64,000 nt of DNA, taken from assembly GCA_964016885.1 (NCBI GenBank), contig OZ024741.1, positions 32,054,001-32,118,000 of the forward strand. Reading direction: 5' to 3'. A model generated the notes under the pieces. That model saw only the letters and a list, made by a program, of their open reading frames with translations, did not search any database and had not been told where the DNA came from. Shown here piece after piece: positions 55,275 to 64,000 of this stretch. A program made the translations under genes and the position numbers. How positions within the stretch are numbered: the stretch's first letter is position 1; each line of letters starts with the position of its first letter. The stretch comes from Eledone cirrhosa (taxonomy: Eukaryota).

Positions 55275-57298
55275 TTTACTTACCTTCCGGGCTCTTGTGA
55301 AGGTCGGGTTGTTCAACCTCCATAGTTAGTGGGATTTATTTTGGAAACCCCTTTAAAAGTCTTGAAGTGGGTTTACGTTCGGGGTTCCCACGTCCCGAGG
55401 AATGCTGCCTCGTATTTCTTTGAATATGTCGAGCGACATTCGCAACAGAACCAAATCTTCCGGCACGCGAAATGTGCTCGATTTAAACATTTCCCCCTCT
55501 TTTTGTATATTTTCATTTCGTGCTACGAGGGTCATCAGTTCCTTGTTGGCCCTCCTGACGAGCACGAAGTTTTGTATGTTTTGTTGGTGTGATTTTATTT
55601 GTTTGCGTGGCTGTGGTGGTGATGGTTTTGGTGGTGTTGTTTCGGTTGTATCTGTGTTTGTTGTGAGTGTGATGTCTGTGGTTTCAAATGTTTGTGTGTA
55701 TATTTGTTCTTGCGTCTGTTTCGGTTGTTTGCGTTTGGGGGATTCTGGTGATGGTGATGGTGGTGTTCATGTTGGTGTTATTGGAGAGATCTGTGCGTGG
55801 GTGGTGTCTGCGTTTTTTATTGTGGGTGCTTTTGTGCTTTGTTGAGTTTATTTTTTCTTTTTGTGTTTCCTTCTTTGTATTTTGGGTCATTTTGGATTTC
55901 CCTCATTTTCACTACTGGTAGATGAGGGGTCTGTTTCTGTAAGTGTGTCTGTATGTATGTTTAAAGTTTTATTGGTGTGTGTATTTTTGGGGGGAGGAGG
56001 AATTTGACAGCTTTCCTCGTTTCCCCCCTGGGTGGTCAATGTTGGTGGTGGTCTTTCTGTTGGTGTTGTTGTTGGTGGTTTTGCCGATGCTGGTATTGGT
56101 TGTTGTCCTCGCCCCGGCGTCGGCAGCAGTGGTGCCTTTCGACCCCTTGCCTCTTTCAGCAGTTGAGGGCAGAAGGCTCGCAAATGGGTTTTTTCCCAAC
56201 AAACAAAACACTGCGGCCTTTTGCCTTCGGTCATAATGTGAATGTCCGTCCCATTCTGAAGGCGGATGTAGTCCGGGATTGTCATCACATTCTCGGGCCT
56301 GATCTGGAGAAGGATCTCCAGGTCAACCCCGGACCAGTCCTCTCTGGCCGTTCTGGTCACTTCTATATGGACTGTATCCGTCCCCTCCACAATCACACAT
56401 CCCAGAAGCCACCACATGTCAAGTCCTGGTGGGATTTTGGGAATGCGGAGACGGGCCGTTCTTTTTCCCATGTGGGAGGGGTACATTATGATGGTTTTGC
56501 AAGGAGTCATAGCGTGTTTCATAGCGAGGGCTTCTGACTTGAACAACACCGAAATGGTGCCGTACTGTCTGCCCCTCTCTATGTACTGGGTGTCTTCTCT
56601 GATGCACCTCAGAGCGACTTCGACATCTTCTTGTGGGATTAAAGCAGCCCTTTAGGTTTGTGCTGAGATGCATCTATAATGCACCGTTTTGCGCTCCACT
56701 GCCTCAATAGCTTCTACCGTGACAGTTAAGTTGGCCCAAGTTTGCTCTTGCTTGATGACCTTCCATGCCTGGGCCAACTTTTCATCTTTGTTTGAGAGGT
56801 CCATGTTAAAGTATGGCCTCTTTTTTGCTGCTGCCGCAGCGAAAGTGGTCTTGTTTTCATTGGGGGTTTTGTTGACGTTGTTCTTGTTGGTGTTGTTGTT
56901 AGCACTGTCGCTGTTATCATTGTCTTTGTTGCCACCGTTGTTCTCGGTGCAGTTGGTATTGTTGCTGTTGGTGTTGTCGCTATTTGTTTTCATGTTAGTG
57001 GTGTTGATAGTGTTGTTGTATTTGTTATTTTTTTTTTGTTATCTGTATTTTCGTTGTCGCTGTTACTGTCATTTTTTTCAAAATTAGAGTTCTCATTGGT
57101 GTTTTTATTTACATTGTTTGTGGTGGTGTTCGTGTTATCAATGTGTGTTAATTTCGCTGTAACGCTCCTCTCAACTTCTACGTCGTTGTCGCACGACAGC
57201 CGACATATAGCTGGGGGGCGTGGCTCAGCGATGTTTTTTTTCTTTGTAAATTTTTTCACATGTAAAAAAAGTTCAAATATTTGGTCCAAAAGGCCCAA
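55275..57298 (-). pseudogene. Copy B ORF1 (gag-like, CCHC zinc knuckle), disrupted
   Basis: Pieces 56990-57298, 56652-56993, 55887-56549 and 55353-55565. CFVCWEKTHLRAFC fits C-x2-C-x4-H-x4-C and is homologous to copy A ORF1. The start codon is uncertain. Confidence 0.8.
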
Positions 57299-57436
57299 AT
57301 ATTATACTTTCCCCTTCACGGGGCAAAGTCTAAAGGCTTATAACCCTTACACAACAAGAAATATTTAACAACAAATAATTTTAACAGGCAAATAAAGCGA
57401 CTTACTGTGAGCGAGCAAAATACGTCCGCTTAGACC

Positions 57437-57454
57437 AATAATAATAATAATAAT
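57437..57454 (+). repeat. (AAT)6 tract at the 5' end of copy B
   Basis: aataataataataataat. Confidence 0.95.
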
Positions 57455-57774
57455 ACGAGAGTGCAAGAGAAGGAGTGAGAGAAAATTAACCGATACCAGG
57501 ACTTGAAGTGGGAGGTAAAAAGGATTTGGAACTGCCATGAGGTCAAAGTGGTCCCGATTGTCATAGGCGCACTAGGTAATATCTCAAAGAGTTTCCAAGG
57601 ATGGTTAAAGAAAATTGGTCCCGCCCCGCTTTTTGGAACACTTCAAAAGGCATGCTTGCTGGAAACGGCAAGAACCCTCCGATACGACCTGAATATCTGA
57701 CGCTGCAGGTAGTGGCTTGATATTCATTTCAACAAACTTTCCAGTTAAATAACATCAATGACTGAGACTCAAAG
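57455..57774 (+). mobile_element. 3' fragment of an R4/Dong-like element (family 2, copy 1)
   Basis: KINRYQDLKWEVKRIW...VVPIVIGALG...LQKACLLETARTLRYDLNI*, then a short 3' UTR ending actgagactcaaag followed by (AAC)3(AAT)n. Confidence 0.88.
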
Positions 57775-57783
57775 AACAACAAC

Positions 57784-57819
<36 letters not shown>

Positions 57820-57823
57820 TAAT
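57775..57823 (+). repeat. (AAC)3(AAT)n tract
   Basis: Direct reading of the sequence. Confidence 0.95.
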
Positions 57824-59016
57824 AGATCTTCAAGATGGCAGATAACATCAGACAGTTGTTGAGCAAAAGTATGAAGTCCTATGAAACAGAATTAACATTG
57901 GGTGGAGAATCCATGGGAGGCGTGAAGATCAAGAGAGGTATCTTCCAGGGAGATAGTCTGTCCCCTCTGTTGTTTGTCCTTGCCCTGATACCCCTGACCA
58001 TTATACTGCGAAAAGTCAGAGCAGGATACAAGTTGGGAAAAGGAGAGCTTACCCTCAACCACCTCCTCTTCATGGACGATCTTAAACTCTTTGGGAAGAG
58101 TGAGAAGGAGTTTGATGTACTTGTTGACACTGTCCGTATTTTCAGCAGTGATATATGTATGCAATTTGGTATTAGTAAGTGTGGAGTCCTAGTGATGAAG
58201 AAGGCTTAATTGAGCAGAAGCAACGGAATCCAGGTACCAACAGGTGAGATGATAAAGGAAATTGACACTGAAAAGGATACAAATATTTAGGTGTTCTGGA
58301 GGCAGATGACACCAAGAACAAGAAAAATGAAGGAATTGATAAGATCTGAGTACATTAGGAGAGTAAGGAGTGTATTAAAATCACATCTAAATAGTAGGAA
58401 TGTCATAAGTGCAGTGAATTCCCGAGCTGTATCTATTATTAGGTACAGTGCGGGAATTCTGAAATGGAATGTTGCTGATTAAAAAGAAATGGATAGGAAG
58501 ACTAGGAAGCTATTGACTATCTACAACATGTTCCACAAGAGGAGTGATGTCGATAGACTCTACTTAAGGAGATCTGAAGGTGGAAGAGGTCTTATCAGCG
58601 TAGAGGAATGTGTTCTGATGGAGAAAAACAACCTGCACAAATACGTGACCGACAGTAGGAAGCCAATGCTCTGAATTGTACTGAAGGAGAGAACAATAGA
58701 CTAGGGGATGTCCAAGGAGGAAATAACAACAAGGAGGAAGAGCAACCTTCATGAAAAATCCTTTCATAGTACCCTCTTTGAGAAAACTGAATTTAGAGAT
58801 TCAAAGACATAGAACTGGTACTATCTCAAAGAGTTTCCAAGGACGGTTAAAGAAAATTGGTCCCGCCCCGCTTTTTGGAACACTTCAAAAGGCATGCTTG
58901 CTGGGAACAGCAAGAACCCTCCGGTACGTCCTGAATATCTGAGGCTGCAGGTAGCGGCTTGATATTCATTTCAACAAACTTTCCAGTTAAATAACATCAA
59001 TGACTGAGAATCAAAG
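57824..59016 (+). mobile_element. 5'-truncated, internally deleted R4/Dong-like element (family 2, copy 2) with RT core
   Basis: IKRGIFQGDSLSPLLF, LNHLLFMDDLKLF, YKYLG, RLYLRRSEGGRGL. It then jumps at ~58820 to ISKSFQG...LQKACLLGTARTLRYVLNI*. The 3' UTR is near-identical to copy 1. Confidence 0.9.
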
Positions 59017-59019
59017 AAC

Positions 59020-59052
<33 letters not shown>
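59017..59052 (+). repeat. (AAT)n tract
   Basis: Direct reading of the sequence. Confidence 0.95.
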
Positions 59053-59183
59053 CAAAAGGCATGCTTGCTTGGAACGGCAAGAACCCTCCGATACGTCCTG
59101 AATATCTGAGGCTGCAGGTAGTGGCTTGATATTCAATCCAACGGACTTTCCAGTTAACCAACATCAATGACTGAGATTCAAGG
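59053..59183 (+). mobile_element. ~130-bp extreme 3' fragment of the R4/Dong-like family 2 (copy 3)
   Basis: caaaaggcatgcttgcttggaacggcaagaaccctccgatacgtcctgaatatctga...actgagattcaagg matches the ends of copies 1 and 2. Confidence 0.88.
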
Positions 59184-59204
59184 AATAACAATAATAATAA
59201 TAAT
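59184..59204 (+). repeat. (AAT)n tract at the tail-to-tail junction with copy A
   Basis: aataacaataataataataat. Confidence 0.93.
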
Positions 59205-59289
59205 GATTTCTTTATTAACCACAAGGGTTTACATAAAGTAGACATTAAGGACAGTGCAGGACAATGCAGGACGGTACAAATGGGCATTT

Positions 59290-59340
59290 CTGCGTGTAAA
59301 AAAACAAAAACAGAGGATGTAACAAAAAATAACAATGAAA
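59290..59340 (-). promoter_or_regulatory. Candidate 3' splice acceptor in the 3' UTR of copy A
   Basis: Minus strand reads CATCCTCTGTTTTTGTTTTTTTACACGCAG|AAATGCCC; it is retained in copy C (CAG at 48555-48557). Confidence 0.4.
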
Positions 59341-59455
59341 AATTCCCCAATAGGGGGGAGACTTCGGAGGGACATTTGTGGAGAAAGCCCAGTAAAAAGC
59401 CACAATGACCCTGACCACCAAGGCAAGTGGCCTCTCCCAGTTTTCCACCTTTAAT

Positions 59456-62400
59456 TTACAGATATATACTCAGAGTAGACCCATTCACTCGGGCCATTCT
59501 TGCTTCTCTCACCCATCTTTCAACAAAATGCTGGGAAGAGAGCACTTCCCTCTCTACTCTGATTTTCCTTTTCAAATGAAATTTGAAAAAGTCAATCAGA
59601 GCATCACCGAAGAGGCAAGTGCTCGTCTTCAGCCCTTTCAAACGTGTCCACCATACTATCTCTTTGGCCATGGCCACCAGACAGATAAAAACTGCCTGCC
59701 CTTCCCGGCTAAAGGAGGAGGACGGGGCAATCCTCACGATGGACTCAGATGATAGCCGGATCCGTCCTAAACGCGACAGTAGGTGTTCGACATAAACCCA
59801 CAAGTCAGCAATTTTCGGACACTGGACGAGTGCGTGCAGGACGGTTTCGTCGCCCTGCGCGCATCTCGGACATGCCCGGCTGACGGCACCTCCATGCCTG
59901 TAGAGTTTATCCCGAACTGGCAAGGCTCCTCGGTAGCACTGCCAGGCCAGAGATTTCTGGAAGTTGTCCATAGGCCCTGGCCCGAAAGTTCTTCCGAAGA
60001 GATTGGCTAGTTGATTGTCGTTGACGCCTAGAGTTTCCCCAAGTACGTCGTCGCTCTTCCCCTCCACTAATCCTCTATAGAACGCCGAGGTGGAGTTTCC
60101 ACCGATCACATTGCCCGATTGGTCGAGGGCTGTGAGCGCCTGAAGACATTCCAGTCTCCAGGCGCTCCCTCTCGGTCTTCGCTTGACCCAGGACTGCAGC
60201 TCCGTCAAGGAAACGAGCTGGGGAAATACGTGTCTAGCAAACGGCGACCACACCTGATCACCGTCGAGGAAGAGGTGGAGATGTCGTAGCCTGAGCGCGT
60301 GCCTGCGCATCATCAGCCACGGCATGCCCAGCCCTCCACGTAGCGGGTGTTGACAACAGATGGACCGCCTGACCATCGGAGCACGTCCCTTCCACAAGAA
60401 GCGAAAGAGCAAACGCTCCAGCGCAGTCAGGCGAGGCTTAGGACAAGGTACGACGGTCAGGCGGTAGCAGATGACAGACGCGATGTACGCGTTATCCACC
60501 TCCGCTCGACCTTTCAGGGATAGCTTCCTCTCGGCCCATTTCTGGGTGAGAGAAGCCACCCTGCTCGTCACCTCGTCCCAGTTTTTGTCCGTCTGGAGGT
60601 CTGGACCGAACCAGACCCCTAGCAATTTAACCGGTCCGTCCGTCCAGCGCCCGACGACGCTGTTGGACGGCATGGACCTGCCTCTCCAGGTGCCGAGCTG
60701 CAGGCCCACTGACTTTTCCTGGTTGATCATTGCTCCTGTCACCGCTTTGTATTCTCTTAGTGTAGTGCCGATCGCCTCGATGTGTTTGGCGTTCGACACC
60801 ACTACCGTGACATCGTCCGCATATGCTGACACGGATCTTCCGCATCCTAGTTCGCGCGGGACGCCCCTCAACGTCTCCAGTTTGTGCAGTAATGGTTCGA
60901 GAGTTAATACGTACAAGAGGGACGAGAGGGGACATCCTTGGCGGACCGAGCGCATGATGTTGAACGGTTCCGACAGGTGACCGTTCACTCTCACCACAGA
61001 GCAGATTGTCGCTGTGCATGGCAGCGATCCAGCCTCTGAAGACGGGCCCAAAGCCAACCGCCCTCAGGACTGCCGCTAGGTAACGATGGTCGACCCTATC
61101 GAAAGCTTTCGACTGATCTAAATTGATCAAGGACCCACCCGTGCCAGGTTCCTTAGCTACCCTCTCTATGATGTATCGCATGAGGTGGAGGTTGTCGTGG
61201 ATGGATCTGTCGGGAATGGCGCATGTCTGCGCCTCTCCCACCAGACCACCAACGACAAGCGCCAACCTCTTTGCTAGCACCTTGGCCAAAATCTTGAACT
61301 CTGTGTTTAGCAGAGTTATGGGCCGGAAATTATCTATGTTATCCCCCTTGTTCGGATCCTTTCTCAGCAGTGCCACCGCTCCTCGGCTCACAGAACTCGG
61401 AATTCTCCCGTTCTGTTGCCAGTTGCAGTAGACGTCCGCCAAGAGGCCTCCGAACAAGTCTGGCATCTGTACGTAAAGTTCATAGGGGAGACCATCCAAA
61501 CCAGGTGATTTACCCCTTGTGCAGCCAGTCATTGCCTCCCTTACTTCAGCGGCTGTTATCGGCTTTTCGCAACACTTCGCCTCAGTGGCCGAGAGCCGCG
61601 GCAGTCCGTTGAGGTAGACACTAAAGTCCATCCCTCTACCCGGCCCACCGCTGCCCCCGAACAGCTGAGCGAAGTGTCGTTGAAAAGCTTCACACATTTG
61701 CCCGGGATCGAGTAGCATGCGCCCGTCGTGGTCCACCAAAGACCGGATCGTGGCTTTGTTGCCACGACGCGCCTCCGCCACTCGGGCCCATTGAACGGCT
61801 TTCGTCCCCTCGTGTCTGAGAGCACGCACCCTTGCTCTGACAACGCAGCCTTCGTGCTTTGCATTGAAGAATTGGTCAAGGGCCAATTTCGTCGCAAGCA
61901 CGTCGGTCGCAATGCCTTTGCTAAGCGCCTCGTCTAATTTTCTAACTAGTTCTCCCTCTGCTCTATTTTTCTCTATTGCTAAAGCCTTACTAAACCTAAT
62001 CGATTCTATTCTAATCGCTCTTTTCAGAGCAAACCACCACTTGTTGTTGACGATGGCCCCCGTCAACGCCCGCTTAACTAGTTCGCTAATCCGGTCTCTG
62101 TAGGCCTTGCGCGCTGGTAAGGACGCGTTTAGCTTCCAGTAACCGGTTCCTTGTCTATGAAGCCTATCTAAGTCAAGCACACAGATCACGAATTTGTGGT
62201 CCGTGTAGCTGACTATCTTGAATTGTGGACAGCCTATGCTAGACCTATCTATTTCCCTACAAAATACTCTATCTAGATATGATCTGGATGACTCTATGCG
62301 ATTTGTCCAAGTCCACATTGGTACATTCGGGAAATCCATTCGGTACCTGTCAGACAGTTCAAAACGTCTGAGCAGGTTGGTGAGACTCTTGCACCCTCCT

Positions 62401-62876
62401 TCCTTGTCCACTAATCCCACACAATCCCAGCGTGCATCTAAGATCCCGTTCCAGTCGCCCACTAACACTAAAGAGCGGGACGTTCCAAGAAAGGTCTCCA
62501 GACGCCGGAAGAAATCAGGCCGCCCTGCTCCCGTCGGGGCATAGATGGCCACTAATCTGAAAGCTTGCCCGTCTCCGCTGGTCACGTCCAGCACCACCAA
62601 CTTACCTTCTGGGTCCAGGAAGATGGCCCGTATGGCAAGATCCAAACCTCTCCGAAAAAGCACAGCAACTCCTCCCCCCGATCCCGGACGGCTGGGAGAT
62701 ACGTACACATCGTAGCCGCCGAAGATCGGTGCGAAAGCCTGTGCTTCGGAGATTCTGGTCTCGCTGATGGCCACTACATCTATGTTTAGTGACCTGAGGT
62801 CGTTGAGCAGGTGGCCCTGCTTCCATGACGACCCCAAGCCACGCGCATTTATGCTGCCTATTCTGAGTGAGGTCAT
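59456..62876 (-). CDS. Copy A ORF2: APE endonuclease, reverse transcriptase and CCHC finger (~1140 aa), with one +1 frameshift near 61007
   Basis: ORFs 60627-62876 and 59456-61057 join at MHSD/ICSVV. Motifs: INARG, SET, YAP, GDWN, LDR, TDH, GKSPGLDG, DQSKAFDRVDH, RQGCPLS, YADD, CPRC-x8-H-x4-C. Confidence 0.9.
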
Positions 62877-62908
62877 GTTGAAAAGGAGTGGAAAAGATGG
62901 GAAAGACC

Positions 62909-62916
62909 ACTTACCT
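62909..62916 (-). promoter_or_regulatory. Consensus 5' splice donor AG|GTAAGT overlapping the ORF1 stop of copy A
   Basis: Minus strand reads GTAAG|GTAAGTGG; the same octamer sits at the equivalent place in copy B (55278-55285). Use as a splice site is not demonstrated. Confidence 0.5.
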
Positions 62917-64000
62917 TACTTCTCGTAGGGGAAGGACGGTTTTTCCATCCTTTTCACTGCTTGTGGCCTCCTCAGGAAGGATGTCCTTATAAATCCTCCT
63001 GGAGAGTGCCTGTCGGAAGTCTCCGATGTCTTTGGGGAATTTTTGTTTTAGTGTCATGTACGTTTTCTGTGTGATGCGAGTGATTTGTATGTGTGGAGGT
63101 GGTGTGAATATTGGGGTTGTTGTGTAGTCTTTTTCTGTGATGCTGGTGTTGTGTTGGATGTAGTGTAATAATTGCTTGTTGTTCAAATTTAATGCTGTGT
63201 AGTGTGTATCGTTTTGGTTGTTTTGTTTTGTTTGCGTTTGTTGTGGGTTTGTTTCTGTTTCGCATTTTGGTGACTTTTGTGGTGTAGGTGATGGTGGTGT
63301 TGGGGTTAATGATGGTGATGGTGTTGGTGTTTGGGTTGATGGGGTTGGTGATGCTGGTGTGGGTGGTGGCATATCTGTCCTAACTTTTTTGTTTCTTAAT
63401 TTATTTGTTTCTCTCTGTATTTTGTTTTTGGAGGGGGAAGGAAGAGAATTTTTTCTTTTTTGGTTTCTTTTTTTTTCCGGATATCGTTTCCCACTCCTCG
63501 TCGTCACAATCTGTGTCCAGTTGTGATAGGCCGGGGAGTGGAAAATCCTCCACAGCCGTTAGTTTTGGTTGTGGCGTGGTGGATGGTGTAGGCGCTGGTG
63601 CTAGTTCTGAAGCGTTGGGTGGTGGTGGTGTTGGTTTTGCTGGTGGTGGTGGTGGTGTTGGTTTTGCTACTGTTGCTTGGGTTGTTGCTGTTATAGTTGC
63701 TTCTGTTGTTGCTGCTACTGGTGGTGTTGATGGTTGTGTCACTGGGGTGGGTAGGAGAGGTGGCCTCAACCTTTTAGCCTGAGGGCAGAAAGCCCTTAGG
63801 TGGGTTCCTTCACCACAAACGACACACCTAGGTCTTCTGCCCTCGACAATTACCGTGAGGTGGCTGCCGTCAGTGAGGTCTATTACCTCTGGGATCTCCT
63901 CAATGCTTTTTTGGTCCGCTTGGATCAGGAGCTCCATCCCAGATCCGGACCAGTTCTCCTGTTTTTCTTTTGCTATTGCTATTATTTTCGTGTTGGCTTC
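62911..64000 (-). CDS. Copy A ORF1 (C-terminal part), CCHC knuckle plus Pro/Thr-rich linker, with one frameshift in an A-run near 63470
   Basis: VEGRRPRCVVCGEGTHLRAFCP. ORFs 63401-63937 and 62911-63507 join at EEWETISGKK/KRNQKRKN. Confidence 0.82.

Larger units (their letters stand above)
51570..57436 (-). mobile_element. Apparently full-length (~5.9 kb) Tx1/L1-clade LINE (copy B), inactivated
   Basis: The 5' UTR begins GGTCTAAGCGGACGTATTTTGCTCGC right after (ATT)n. It has ORF1 with a CCHC knuckle, ORF2 with APE-RT-CCHC, and a 3' end GGCCCTTGTAGCCAATAAATGAAA followed by (ATT)n. Confidence 0.93.
59205..64000 (-). mobile_element. Near-intact Tx1/L1-clade LINE (copy A); 5' part lies beyond the window
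   Basis: ORF1 (partial), a 34-bp spacer, ORF2, and a 250-bp 3' UTR ending CCCTTGTGGTTAATAAAGAAATC followed by (ATT)n. Confidence 0.96.

Noticed and set aside
62863-62914. Short intron fusing ORF1 to ORF2 (52 nt in A, 58 nt in B, both could be in frame)
   Set aside because: The introns are very short, the acceptors are not at equivalent positions, and in B the first endonuclease strand would be lost. The 3' UTR acceptor is a better partner, though this is not formally excluded.
48119-63782. Many 60-170 aa antisense or alternate-frame ORFs over the LINEs
   Set aside because: They are shadow frames of ORF1, ORF2 and UTRs with no independent motifs.

Overview
This is eukaryotic repetitive DNA with no recognisable host gene. 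An octopod cephalopod origin is likely, inferred from two SINEs and the microsatellite content. Bases 1-43320 are one uninterrupted tandem array of a 36-bp unit (GTCAAGATACCTCACTCTGACACCAACACCAGTATC, about 1200 copies) with irregular higher-order repeats and three variant domains. One reading frame (SIVKIPHSDTNT) has no stop codon and is broken only by two singleton 1-bp indels. Bases 43.7-64 kb are almost entirely retroelements: an old Tx1/L1 copy, two tRNA-type SINEs and a CR1-like fragment, then from 48049 a chain of eight non-LTR retrotransposons, each separated from the next only by a (TAA)n tract. All four Tx1/L1-clade (APE) elements in the chain lie on the minus strand and all four R4/Dong-like (RLE) elements lie on the plus strand, consistent with two unrelated clades targeting the same microsatellite with opposite polarity. 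The two Tx1 families with an ORF1-ORF2 junction both carry a perfect splice donor at the end of ORF1, and family A also has a strong acceptor in its 3' UTR, which would make ORF2 an intron. Family assignments come from motif recognition only; no searches were run.
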